64,000 nt of DNA from positions 221,654 through 285,653 of the forward strand of contig JBLWTJ010000004.1 of NCBI GenBank assembly GCA_048270185.1. Reading direction: 5' to 3'. Positions 38,379 to 47,921 of the stretch are shown here, one piece after another (the stretch's first letter is position 1; every line of letters starts with the position of its first letter). The notes beneath the pieces are model-generated. The model saw only the letters and a program-made list of their open reading frames with translations, did not search any database and was not told the origin of the DNA. The stretch is from Bacteriovoracaceae bacterium. Its GTDB lineage: Bacteria; Bdellovibrionota; Bacteriovoracia; Bacteriovoracales; Bacteriovoracaceae. Position numbers and translations under genes: made by a program.

Positions 38379-38939
38379 TTATGCTTCAGCCGAACGATCT
38401 GTGTTTTCAGTTGTTTCAATTGAAGTTTGCTCAACAACAGTTGGCTCATTTGTAACATTAACATTTGTACGAACAGAGTCATCTGATGAATGAAAGTTAA
38501 GAATTGATTTCTTAAGGGCCGCATACATTTCAAATTTAACTTCAAGTTTATTATCCTGAAGAACGATTTGACGAGCTTTGTGAGTATCATTGTTAATGAT
38601 TACTGGTGCCTTAAGGTTTGCAGACATTTGAGTTACATCCGTTGGAATTGTTAGGATTGTATAAACGCTTGCATTAGAAAGGTTTTCTAGTTTAAGGCTA
38701 TTTAGTTCAGCTGGTAGTAAGCTGATCGAATAATCATCTTTAAAGATTTTTGGCTCAATGATTGGGAATGCTGTTGATCCATCATCTGTTGATTGTAGCC
38801 AAAGAATTAATGTCTGATCGCCTGGATCAACTACGAAAAATTCTTTAAGATTTTCAAACCCAAGAATTCCTTCTTCGAACTTGATGATATCTTTATTATT
38901 TACTTCTAATTCCCCAAATCGTGTTGTGCTTACTTTCAC
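38379..38939 (-). CDS. fliW: Flagellar assembly factor / CsrA antagonist FliW
   Basis: TTRFGEL, GILGFE, WLQS, SANLKAPVIIN. Confidence 0.93.
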   Translation of the reverse strand: MKVSTTRFGELEVNNKDIIKFEEGILGFENLKEFFVVDPGDQTLILWLQSTDDGSTAFPIIEPKIFKDDYSISLLPAELNSLKLENLSNASVYTILTIPTDVTQMSANLKAPVIINNDTHKARQIVLQDNKLEVKFEMYAALKKSILNFHSSDDSVRTNVNVTNEPTVVEQTSIETTENTDRSAEA

Positions 38940-39016
38940 TGTCGTTCCTCCGAATTCAAGTTAAAGAACTTGATAACAGATTTTAACAGCCGTAGGGGCA
39001 AAAGAGCAAGCGGAAT

Positions 39017-39250
39017 TTATTTCTTGTTGCGCAGTGCATCTGCTAGATCGCTAAGACTTTCTGGTCCAGCTTGTGAAGCTTCATAATTCTGTTCTTGAAT
39101 CGCTTTATAGACTTCTTCGCGGTGAATTTTTGTTTCTTTCGGGGCCTTAATACCAAGACGAACTTGTTTGCCTTTAATTTGCACAACGACAATCTTAATA
39201 TGATCGTCGATCGCTATACTTTCCCCTAGCTTCCTTGTTAAAACCAGCAT
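39017..39250 (-). CDS. csrA: Carbon storage regulator CsrA
   Basis: MLVLTRKLGESIAI...VRLGIKAPK..IHREEVY. Confidence 0.97.
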   Translation of the reverse strand: MLVLTRKLGESIAIDDHIKIVVVQIKGKQVRLGIKAPKETKIHREEVYKAIQEQNYEASQAGPESLSDLADALRNKK

Positions 39251-39366
39251 TTCACATCCTCAATTTTGAACCGTCCTGATTCATCAGGTAGAGTTCATAT
39301 ATTATTCATAACTTTAAAAATCAAGTAAAAAAGACAACTCAATAAAAAAAAAGTAATAGCACCGTG

Positions 39367-40401
39367 TTAGCGTAAAAAGTCTAGAAGGTTTTTATTTAAT
39401 AGCCCTTCCGACGTTTTATAAGCTGTTTTTAGGATTTCTTGCTGACGCGTTATGTCGGAAAATAACTCCGTTACATCGGCATCAACCAGCTTACTCTTTC
39501 TTTCTAAATTATCGATGTTCGTGGCATCGATTGAGTTAACATTGCTCATCACTGAACTCGATACAGATCCGACACGAGTTCGTAATGTAACGAGACGTGT
39601 TAGTGCCGTGTCAAATTTCTCCAGGAGATTTTGGATTTGATCTGCATCGTTGTTTTCAAGTGAAATTGCCAGAGAGTCGAGCAGTCCAAAGATATTGGCC
39701 TGTTCACTATACTTTCCAGCGTCTTTTCCGACAGAAGCGATTTCACGAGTTTTTTCGTTTTCATCAACAATCTCTCGGTTTTTACTATGTTCTTTTGCGT
39801 GGGCCATTTCTGGAAATTTCTCTAATGGGTGTTCAACTTGTGAATCAGATTCTGATTCAGACATGAACACTTCCTTCCCATGGAGGTTAACCTGTACAAA
39901 GAAGTCCTTCCCAACTTCTAGTGTAATATGGCCATCGTCGCCACGATATTTTCCATTCTCATCAAATGGAGTTTGTAGTGTTTTATAACCTGAAAAGATA
40001 TAGCGTTGCCCAACACGCTTATTAGCGATTGAAAGGGCAAGATTTCTTAATTGGTGAACTTCGTTAGCTACGTTCTTTCTCACGTCAGCGTTATAGATGT
40101 CAGAAGATTGCGCGATAGCAATATCCTTGGCCTTATTAACAATATCGGTAAGATTCTCGAGCGCTTTTTCTGTGATATTTAATTGAAGAATAGCGAAGTC
40201 TGCATTTCTTTTGAATTGTGTATTATCTTTCGTCACACTAGAAATCTGAAGTGCTTCAATATTCGCTGCAGGATTATCTGAAGGTTTACGCATATTTTTT
40301 AATGTCGTACCCTTCATCTGCAGGTCTTCCATCTTAGACTTGTGCTTATTCAGCGTATGCCTAATCGAAAGAGTCGTTGAATTTTCAGACACTCTAGTCA
40401 T
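39367..40401 (-). CDS. flgL: Flagellar hook-associated protein 3
   Basis: KPSDNP, RYIFSGYKT, flagellin-like termini; follows flgK. Confidence 0.93.
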   Translation of the reverse strand: MTRVSENSTTLSIRHTLNKHKSKMEDLQMKGTTLKNMRKPSDNPAANIEALQISSVTKDNTQFKRNADFAILQLNITEKALENLTDIVNKAKDIAIAQSSDIYNADVRKNVANEVHQLRNLALSIANKRVGQRYIFSGYKTLQTPFDENGKYRGDDGHITLEVGKDFFVQVNLHGKEVFMSESESDSQVEHPLEKFPEMAHAKEHSKNREIVDENEKTREIASVGKDAGKYSEQANIFGLLDSLAISLENNDADQIQNLLEKFDTALTRLVTLRTRVGSVSSSVMSNVNSIDATNIDNLERKSKLVDADVTELFSDITRQQEILKTAYKTSEGLLNKNLLDFLR

Positions 40402-40415
40402 TTATCTAATCCCAA

Positions 40416-41882
40416 TTACTGCTTAATCGATAAGACGGTTTGAAACATCTCATTAGCAGTTTTCATTACTTTTGCAGAGGCTTCGTAAGCATGCTGGTAC
40501 TTAATCATATTGGCAGCTTCTTCATCGAGTGAAACACCACTTATTCTTTCTCTAATTGAGTTTGCCTGTGCTAAAAGTCCTTCTGATTGTTCAGAGTCCA
40601 GTTTCGCTTTACCTGTCTCGAGTCCCACGTTACCAACAGTTTTTAAGTAATCTTCTTCTAGAGTTGCTGTTCCATCGGCCATCAGTCTTTCGTGTTGAAG
40701 TTTCGAAATTGCAATCGCCACTCGGTTATCCCCGGGACTATTTGGCGATAGGGCGGTTGCAATATTTGAAGCATCGGCCTTAATGGCATTACTTAAATCA
40801 ATTGTGAGTGCAGCTCCTTCGATTTTAGTTGGAGTTGCAAAGAAGTTATTTCCTGTTGTTGGGCCTTTATTGTCCATTGCAACTGGATTACCTTGTGCGT
40901 CTGTTTGAATCTCTCTATTAACATAACCACGTCTGTGGATAGCATTGACGTAGTTGATAAATTCAAAAGCAGTCTTATCTAATTTTTCTTTTAATTGTGT
41001 AATATCGTTATTTCTTACTTTGATGATTGCACCAAGAGATCCACCTGTGAATTTCTCTGTGATCTGCTGACCTGAGCGACCTTCCCAGAAAATTTCCATT
41101 GATCCATCTTGCCCATTTGTCGATTCATCGCGACCAAATACATATGTATCAAGTTTTTGTGCCTGTGCTGCGGTTACAAGAGTACCAACCCCAGGGGATT
41201 GAACATTATAATTTCCACGTTCGTCTTGATACGTATGAATTTTAACAATTTTAGAAAGATCTTTAATTGCTAGATCTCGTTGATCTCGAAGATCACCTGT
41301 TTCTTCACCGCCGGCTTCAAGTTCGCGAATCTTGCGATTAAGTGTAGCAATTGTATCGATATGTTGATTAGCATCTTTTATTGAAAGCATCATCTTATCA
41401 TCAATACTCTTTGTAATTTCATCTAGCGTTTCAGCGATACGACGAAAGTCTTTAACAATGAGTTGGGCCTTGTCACGAACAACTGAGCGTACAGTTTCGT
41501 TCTCTGGTTGATTGGCAAGGTCTCTAAACGAGTTAAAGAAACCATTGAGAATTTGGTTTAATCCCTCATTGTCAATTTCATTGAAAATATCTTCAACTCG
41601 TCCCATTTGTTGAGCACGGTTTTCATAATATTGGTGGTTACTTTCACTGTCGCGAAGTTTCTTTTCGACGAACTTATCGTGAACACGATTAATACTCTTA
41701 ATACGTGTACCACTTCCTGTAAGGAGTCCGTCTTTAATTAAAGGGATATTTGATTGTTGATGAACACGCTGACGAGAATAACCTTCTGTATTAGCATTAG
41801 AAATATTATGCGACGTCACCTCAAGTGACTTCTTCGAGGCATTTAAACCTGTATTTCCAATGTTTAACAGTCTAGTAGACAA
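40416..41882 (-). CDS. flgK: Flagellar hook-associated protein 1
   Basis: HNISNANTEGYSRQ, LRDQRD, SGVSLDEEAANM. Confidence 0.95.
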   Translation of the reverse strand: MSTRLLNIGNTGLNASKKSLEVTSHNISNANTEGYSRQRVHQQSNIPLIKDGLLTGSGTRIKSINRVHDKFVEKKLRDSESNHQYYENRAQQMGRVEDIFNEIDNEGLNQILNGFFNSFRDLANQPENETVRSVVRDKAQLIVKDFRRIAETLDEITKSIDDKMMLSIKDANQHIDTIATLNRKIRELEAGGEETGDLRDQRDLAIKDLSKIVKIHTYQDERGNYNVQSPGVGTLVTAAQAQKLDTYVFGRDESTNGQDGSMEIFWEGRSGQQITEKFTGGSLGAIIKVRNNDITQLKEKLDKTAFEFINYVNAIHRRGYVNREIQTDAQGNPVAMDNKGPTTGNNFFATPTKIEGAALTIDLSNAIKADASNIATALSPNSPGDNRVAIAISKLQHERLMADGTATLEEDYLKTVGNVGLETGKAKLDSEQSEGLLAQANSIRERISGVSLDEEAANMIKYQHAYEASAKVMKTANEMFQTVLSIKQ

Positions 41883-41893
41883 GTTATCTCCAG

Positions 41894-42397
41894 TTAAGGG
41901 TTACGTTCAAGCTGTCGTTGCTGAGTAACACCTTTGGCGTTATATGTTGATACTGTCTTAGTACCCATGGCACTTTCTCTAATTTCTCTTAGTGAGTTAA
42001 GTGCTTTGTTAATAAATAATTGGTTCTTCTTATTTTGATCTTGAATCTTTTCGATAATATCCACGAGAAGACCATTGAATCTAAAAAGGTGCTTTCCTTC
42101 TTTTTCTGCTTCAAAGGCAGAGAAGAATTCAATCAGATCATTAATCGAATTAATTTTTAATTCTTTATAATCATTTTGTATCGTTGCTAAGATATCATTT
42201 CTTAGCTTTTCATTTACTTCGATCTTATTAATAACTTCTGCTTTTTGAGCAATCTTATCTTCCAGATCTTCAACATTGCTGTCGAGTAGGAGAGCGTACT
42301 CATCACATGTTAAATCGAATAATTTATAGTGAAGCTCACACTGTGACTTCCAGATATCTGTAATTTGAAAATAGTATGTTGAAAGTTGTGTTTTCAT
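41894..42397 (-). CDS. flgN: Flagellar export chaperone FlgN
   Basis: Helical protein with NKKNQLFI..TYNAKG; between flgM and flgK. Confidence 0.8.
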   Translation of the reverse strand: MKTQLSTYYFQITDIWKSQCELHYKLFDLTCDEYALLLDSNVEDLEDKIAQKAEVINKIEVNEKLRNDILATIQNDYKELKINSINDLIEFFSAFEAEKEGKHLFRFNGLLVDIIEKIQDQNKKNQLFINKALNSLREIRESAMGTKTVSTYNAKGVTQQRQLERNP

Positions 42398-42729
42398 TAT
42401 ACTCCGAACTCTTCTCCGAGAATTTTATCTGCCATTTTCTCGTAATCCATTTTATATGTTCCACCTTGAATTTGAGCTTTCAGTGCTGCAATTTTTGCAC
42501 TGTTATCAATCGCTGGTGCTGCATCAACGGCTTTCTTAATTTGTGAAAAGTCTTTGACGGCATCTGGAATTGAAACTCGAGCATCTTTAGCTGTATGGCT
42601 TTCGAGGTAAGCTTTCTCGGCCATTGAATTTCTCTTAATTGGAGATTGTTTTGCTACCTCTTGCGATCTTTCTGCCGAAGTTCTCGCATTTGGAAAAAAA
42701 CTTGATCTCGTATTTTGTACACTACTCAT
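42397..42729 (-). CDS. flgM: Anti-sigma28 factor FlgM
   Basis: KIAALKAQIQGGTYKMDYEKMADKI. Confidence 0.88.
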   Translation of the reverse strand: MSSVQNTRSSFFPNARTSAERSQEVAKQSPIKRNSMAEKAYLESHTAKDARVSIPDAVKDFSQIKKAVDAAPAIDNSAKIAALKAQIQGGTYKMDYEKMADKILGEEFGV

Positions 42730-43165
42730 ACTTTACTCCAATTTGGTTTGCCTGCTTCATTGCTATATCACTTGAGGGTTGAGTTGGACCCTCTTGAAGT
42801 TGGATATCATTGCGCGCATATTTATTCTTATTGGCCAAGTAGTTTTGATAATTTTGAGAATTTCTCATGTGTTTTGGATAAATCTCATCAAGTATCAACT
42901 TTTGTATCTGGCTGTCCTCATGAACAAGTGCTTTGGCACGCTCACTTGTTAGAAGACCGTTATAGAAATTTCCTGCTGTACTTTGCACGCCACTATTAAG
43001 TGACTTAGTCATTTCTTTAACCATTAATTCATTAAATTGTGCTTCAAGCCCTTGGGCAGCACCTTTGATCTCTTCAGGAATGTATTTTTCAGAGTTCTCT
43101 GGACGAACAGAATTTTGATAATTCTTATTTTGAATTTGAGGTCTATGAATTTTAATCTCATTCAT
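42722..43165 (-). CDS. flgJ: FlgJ-like rod-binding protein without muramidase domain
   Basis: IKGAAQGLEAQFNELMVKEM; located after flgI. Confidence 0.7.
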   Translation of the reverse strand: MNEIKIHRPQIQNKNYQNSVRPENSEKYIPEEIKGAAQGLEAQFNELMVKEMTKSLNSGVQSTAGNFYNGLLTSERAKALVHEDSQIQKLILDEIYPKHMRNSQNYQNYLANKNKYARNDIQLQEGPTQPSSDIAMKQANQIGVKYE

Positions 43166-43295
43166 AATACTCGTCCTGAGTTTCTGGCGATCCAATCCTT
43201 GAAAAGCCCATTATCATTAATTATTTTAACATTTTTTTTAGTTTTTTTATACTTAAGCTAAAAAAATGGTAAAAAATGCTGTTTGACATCAGAAT

Positions 43296-44300
43296 TTAAA
43301 TTAACTCGATTTCACCAACCAGAGCACCATTTCTTTTAAGTGCTTGAAATATCGAAATTAAATCTTCTGGAGTCGCTCCAAGTGCATTAAGACTTTTAAC
43401 CAACTCATTTAGTGTAGTGGATTTATCAACTAATCGTAAGTTGCCTCCTGCACCTTCTTTGGCCTTGTCTTGTACCTGAATATTTAGTCCACCGTGTGAA
43501 ATGGCCACGGCCTTAACAGTGATCCCGCCACCGGCAACAATTGTCCCAGTTCTCTCATTGATAATTATCTTAGCAATACGATCAGTGTGCACCTTAAAAT
43601 TTTCTATAATTGCAAGTAGCTGAACGATTTTACGTTGGTACTGAATTGGTACAATAATATCAACCGTGTTTGCATCCTTAGCAATGGCATATTTCCCACC
43701 TAATTCTTGGTTCACTGTCTTTTCAATTCTTGCGGCCGTTGTGAAATCTGGGCTCTTAAGGGCAAGTCTTAAAGATTTCTTTTTATCAAAGTTTAGGTTT
43801 AACTCACGTTCGATGGAAGCACCTTGTGGGATTAGACCTGTTGTCGCAAATTTCTTTCCATTTTCAAGTCCACCGATTGAAATTGAACCATTTGCAACGG
43901 CGTAAACATTTCCATCACCACCTTTGAGTGGAGTGATAAGAAGCGTTCCACCTGCAAGTGAAGAAGCATCTCCAATTGAAGAAACTTTTACATCAACTTT
44001 TTGCCCGACACGGCTAAATGATCCAAGTTCTGCTGTAACGATTACCGCCGCAACATTCTTAGAACTAATTTCACTCTGTGGGTTAAGTCCAAGTTTCTGA
44101 AACATACGTTTAAGTGATGTATTTGTTACTTCACCGCCACCATCACCAGTTCCATTTAGTCCAACAACTAAACCGTAACCAACAACAGGGTTTTTACGGA
44201 CACCTTTAATGTCGACTAAGTCCTTAAGACGGCTCATCTTCGCATCAACATGAGTACCAAAAGAAAGTAGAATTAAACCGAAAATAATTTTTTTAAACAT
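43296..44300 (-). CDS. flgI: Flagellar P-ring protein
   Basis: GYGLVVGLNGTGD, SKNVAAV, SSIGDASSLAGG, INERTGT. Confidence 0.97.
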   Translation of the reverse strand: MFKKIIFGLILLSFGTHVDAKMSRLKDLVDIKGVRKNPVVGYGLVVGLNGTGDGGGEVTNTSLKRMFQKLGLNPQSEISSKNVAAVIVTAELGSFSRVGQKVDVKVSSIGDASSLAGGTLLITPLKGGDGNVYAVANGSISIGGLENGKKFATTGLIPQGASIERELNLNFDKKKSLRLALKSPDFTTAARIEKTVNQELGGKYAIAKDANTVDIIVPIQYQRKIVQLLAIIENFKVHTDRIAKIIINERTGTIVAGGGITVKAVAISHGGLNIQVQDKAKEGAGGNLRLVDKSTTLNELVKSLNALGATPEDLISIFQALKRNGALVGEIELI

Positions 44301-44303
44301 TCG

Positions 44304-45032
44304 TTACCTCAATACCGTCACAGAACTTTCTAGAAACTTTAATGAATCAACTGTGTCATCTTCATTAATATCCTTACGTGAAATAAGGGCCTGTAATTCA
44401 ACTAGATGTTTTCTATTTTTAAATAAGACATTTTTTTGTCCTCTTACGAGGAGGTGATCACGGCTAATTTCTTCAACGATTACACCTGAAATTTTATCGT
44501 GAATCTTTGTTTCGCTACTTTGATCTTCATCTTGATCAGCTCCAGGAGCAGCTGCTGGCTGTTGAGCTGTTTGTTCTGCAGTCTTTTCTCCTCCAAGAGT
44601 TGGAATTGGAGGGAAAGCTCTTTTTAGTTCCATTGTAATATTATTCTTAAGCTTCGTTTGGACATTAACTAGAATGATGTCACCGTTTCTCTTCCACTTA
44701 TTCTTAGTGAACAGGTAGTTCTCATTACCGCTACCGGCCCATAGGCTTCCATAGTTACCAGTGTCGTTGTGAAAGTTACTTGCTGTCACTCGATTTGAAG
44801 GCTGAGTGTAATTTCTTTTGATTTGTGGCTCCATCGTTCTTCTTGTTGCAGAGGAAATATGTGGAGCCTGTTGCTTGCGATTACGGTATTGATCAAATGT
44901 TGAATCAACATTTGCTCTTTTTTGTTCAAGTTCTTGAGGTTGAACTCCATCTAGTTCGTTATACATTTTGTTAATGTAATTCGCACAAGAAGTTGTCATT
45001 AGTGCAATTAATAAAATTAAATACTTTCTCAT
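44304..45032 (-). CDS. flgH: Flagellar L-ring lipoprotein
   Basis: Lipobox TTSC; GSLW, GDIILVNV, LLVRGQK, DINEDDTVDS. Confidence 0.85.
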   Translation of the reverse strand: MRKYLILLIALMTTSCANYINKMYNELDGVQPQELEQKRANVDSTFDQYRNRKQQAPHISSATRRTMEPQIKRNYTQPSNRVTASNFHNDTGNYGSLWAGSGNENYLFTKNKWKRNGDIILVNVQTKLKNNITMELKRAFPPIPTLGGEKTAEQTAQQPAAAPGADQDEDQSSETKIHDKISGVIVEEISRDHLLVRGQKNVLFKNRKHLVELQALISRKDINEDDTVDSLKFLESSVTVLR

Positions 45033-45880
45033 AATTCTACCTTCACCTCATTGAGTCCAATGATCTTAGCTGTGAACACTTTGTTTGTTTTTGTGTTTTT
45101 AACTTTTATAAAATCTTTTAACTTTCCTGTTGATAGAGGAGTTGCTGTTCCGGTTAGCTTGATTCCGTTGTTATCAAGGATTACTTTGACTGGAATGCCA
45201 AATGTGACTAGGTTAATTGGCGAGAGATCTCTCTTCTTAACAACTTCACCTGGTGAGATTACTTTGTTTGATTTATAGAATGAAACCTCATCAATATTTT
45301 TGAAGACTGCTTTGTCATCAGTCGTATAAATAGTTTTCTTTTCAACATTGTCAGCTTCAATTGAGTTATAACTTAGGTTGATTTCATTCTTGGCTACAAC
45401 TGCAACAACAGGTTTTTGTACGACAATGTCTAACCACTTTATTGTTTCGTTATAAGTAAGTTTAACTTTTCTTTCACCTAGCTTTTGACAATTATTACAT
45501 GTGAGCTCAATCGAACTCATTGCATCTGTTGTGATTGACTTAGGGGTTTTCTTCGTTTTAATTGATACTTTCCAATCATTTGGAATAGAGAATTGAGTTT
45601 TAATAACTTCATCAAGATTAACAACAACACTTTGTTTATTATTGATCACAATTTCATTATCTCTAAACTCTCTTGAATATTGTAAATTTAAATTACCTTT
45701 TGCACTTGATAGAATTTCTTCTAGGATTTCAATTTGGCTACGGTTGCAACCTGTAACTTCATATGGAATAGGTGAGTTAGCGAGACGATATACTTTATCT
45801 GCAACATTGAAGCTACATTGAGTGGCATACGCATTTGCGCTAATGATAAAAGTTGTAAATAGTACTAAGCTCTTAATCAT
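45029..45880 (-). CDS. flgA: P-ring assembly chaperone FlgA
   Basis: Signal peptide; C-terminal SAF-like domain (GKLKDFIKVKNTKTNK); synteny. Confidence 0.85.
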   Translation of the reverse strand: MIKSLVLFTTFIISANAYATQCSFNVADKVYRLANSPIPYEVTGCNRSQIEILEEILSSAKGNLNLQYSREFRDNEIVINNKQSVVVNLDEVIKTQFSIPNDWKVSIKTKKTPKSITTDAMSSIELTCNNCQKLGERKVKLTYNETIKWLDIVVQKPVVAVVAKNEINLSYNSIEADNVEKKTIYTTDDKAVFKNIDEVSFYKSNKVISPGEVVKKRDLSPINLVTFGIPVKVILDNNGIKLTGTATPLSTGKLKDFIKVKNTKTNKVFTAKIIGLNEVKVEL

Positions 45881-45884
45881 TAAA

Positions 45885-46730
45885 TTATCTCGTTATATTG
45901 TTAACTGTTTGAAGCATTTGGTCTGCAACACCCATCACTTTTGAATTCATTTCATATGCTCTTTGTGCCTTAATAAGATCTGTCATCTCATTCATCAGGC
46001 TTACGTTGGCCATTTCAAGGGCACCTTGTTGCATGGCCCCTGCATTATTAACTCCTGCAATTCCTTGCATCGCTTGTCCACTGGCCGTTGTCGTACGATA
46101 GAAATTTCCACCATCAGAGTGAAGGCCTGGATTATTAATGAAAGTAAATACTGGAATTTGTCCGACATTCTGTGGTTCTACTTGTCCTGTGAAGTATGCA
46201 TCGACCATTCCATCGTTACCGATACTTACTGAAGCAACTCCCGGAGGAAATGCGATTCCAGGAAAGACCTGATAACCTTGTTTTGTAACAAGTTGACCTT
46301 GAGCGTTCACATTAAAAGCGCCATCTCTAGTGTAAACAACTTGGCCATTTGGTTTGATTATTCCAAAGAAACCATCACCGTTGATCATAAGATCAAATGG
46401 ATTATTTGTTATTTTCGGTGCTCCTGCAGAGAATACTTTTCTTACTCCACTGATTTTTGAACCAGATCCTACTTGCACTCCAATAGTGTAGTTTGAATTA
46501 GCATCAGAGCGAGATCCAGCTTCTGTAATTGTTTCATACATAAGCTCTTGTGATTCAGCTCTTTGTTTCTTGTAGGCAACTGTGTTTAGGTTGGCGACGT
46601 TATTTGAAATAGTATTAACGTGCATCTCTTGTGTTGCCATACCTGTTGCGGCAATATTTAAGGCCTTCATCATTCCAAAAGAGTAACGGGCCATTAGTGC
46701 GAAAGTTAGAAATAAAATAATATTTTTCAT
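45885..46730 (-). CDS. flgG: Distal basal-body rod protein FlgG (with N-terminal extension)
   Basis: ALNIAATGM..ISNNVANLNTVAYK, YTRDGAF, LIKAQRAYEMNSK. Confidence 0.95.
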   Translation of the reverse strand: MKNIILFLTFALMARYSFGMMKALNIAATGMATQEMHVNTISNNVANLNTVAYKKQRAESQELMYETITEAGSRSDANSNYTIGVQVGSGSKISGVRKVFSAGAPKITNNPFDLMINGDGFFGIIKPNGQVVYTRDGAFNVNAQGQLVTKQGYQVFPGIAFPPGVASVSIGNDGMVDAYFTGQVEPQNVGQIPVFTFINNPGLHSDGGNFYRTTTASGQAMQGIAGVNNAGAMQQGALEMANVSLMNEMTDLIKAQRAYEMNSKVMGVADQMLQTVNNITR

Positions 46731-46737
46731 GCTACCC

Positions 46738-47523
46738 CTAAAATTTGATCATCTCGTTAACTGACTTTGAGCTAATCGAATCATATGTTTTTATTGCTTT
46801 CTGAATCGATTCAAAATGACGGTGGGCCTTGATAAGCTCTGACATTTCCGAAACAGCATTAATATTTGATTGTTCTATGAAGCCTTGATGAACAGAGGTG
46901 TTGGCCTGCTCCTTTATATTGCCTTCATTATTATTGATAAAGAGTGAGTTACCCTCTTTGCGCAGGGCCTGGATATCATTGAATTCAGTAACACTAACCA
47001 TTCCAATACGATTGTTGTTAGCGTAGACAGCACCATCAAGTGCTATTGAAATATTACGTGTGCCTGGCGGTACAGAGATTGGTTGATTATCCTCTTTATT
47101 TAGTACTGGATAACCTTCTTGGGTTGTGATGACTCCATCCTGTCTAAGAGAAAGAGTTCCACGCCTCGTGTAGCGTATTCCCTTTGGTGTATCAACTGTT
47201 AGGAAGCCCTTTCCACGAAGTCCAATATCAAGTGGGTTATTTGTCGGTGATAGATCACCCTGGGCGAAGTTAGTATAAGATCCGTCAACCTTAACCATAG
47301 CGTTTTCTGCACCGTAACTTCTATAGAAGTCCTCAGGGGCCCACTCTTTATTAGGTAGGTCAATATCTTCAACACCCTTATCTAGTGCTGTTAAATATTC
47401 TTTGAAAACGAGTTGATCTTTTTTAAAGCCTGGTGTGTTGGCATTTGCAACGTTGTTGGCAATTGTATCAACTTTCTGTTGTTGTGCGATTGCACCTGAT
47501 AAAGGTACCCATAATTCTTTCAT
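46738..47523 (-). CDS. flgF: Basal-body rod protein FlgF
   Basis: IANNVANANTPGFK, TNNPLD, YTRRG, EQSNINAVSEM; AGGAGG RBS before ATG 47523. Confidence 0.92.
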   Translation of the reverse strand: MKELWVPLSGAIAQQQKVDTIANNVANANTPGFKKDQLVFKEYLTALDKGVEDIDLPNKEWAPEDFYRSYGAENAMVKVDGSYTNFAQGDLSPTNNPLDIGLRGKGFLTVDTPKGIRYTRRGTLSLRQDGVITTQEGYPVLNKEDNQPISVPPGTRNISIALDGAVYANNNRIGMVSVTEFNDIQALRKEGNSLFINNNEGNIKEQANTSVHQGFIEQSNINAVSEMSELIKAHRHFESIQKAIKTYDSISSKSVNEMIKF

Positions 47524-47554
47524 CTGCCCTCCTGGCAAATTCTTCTTCTAATAT

Positions 47555-47571
47555 ACCAACCCCTGCGCCAA
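47555..47571 (-). promoter_or_regulatory. Candidate sigma54 promoter of the flgF operon
   Basis: TTGGCGCAGGGGTTGGT; -24 GG intact, -12 is GG instead of GC. Confidence 0.55.
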
Positions 47572-47705
47572 ATTACCTACATGGGTAAAATTGACCCATG
47601 ATGTAACTAGTGATTATTACGCATTTTTATTTAAAGAATAGGTAAAGTATGGGAATATTATGTCATACGCTAATTATTAATGTTGGAAAAATGACACGGT
47701 GACTT

Positions 47706-47915
47706 ATGGCCAGTAAAATTGATATTGAAAATAATTTAAAGAAGTTAGAGGAACTTGTTCATGGACTTGAGTCTGGTGAGCTCTCTCTAGATGAAAGTTT
47801 GAAAAATTTTGAAGAGGGTGTAAAGCTCTACACAGATAGTAAGAGCTACCTTGAAAAAGTTGAGAAGAAAGTTCTGGAATTAACAGATAAGCTTGAAGAA
47901 AAAGAAATTGAGTAA
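47706..47915 (+). CDS. xseB: Exodeoxyribonuclease VII small subunit
   Basis: LEELVHGLESGELSLDESLKNFEEGVKL. Confidence 0.92.
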   Translation: MASKIDIENNLKKLEELVHGLESGELSLDESLKNFEEGVKLYTDSKSYLEKVEKKVLELTDKLEEKEIE

Positions 47916-47921
47916 TCATCC

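Noticed and set aside
47706..47915. xseB without xseA as an anomaly
   Set aside because: The two subunit genes are commonly unlinked.
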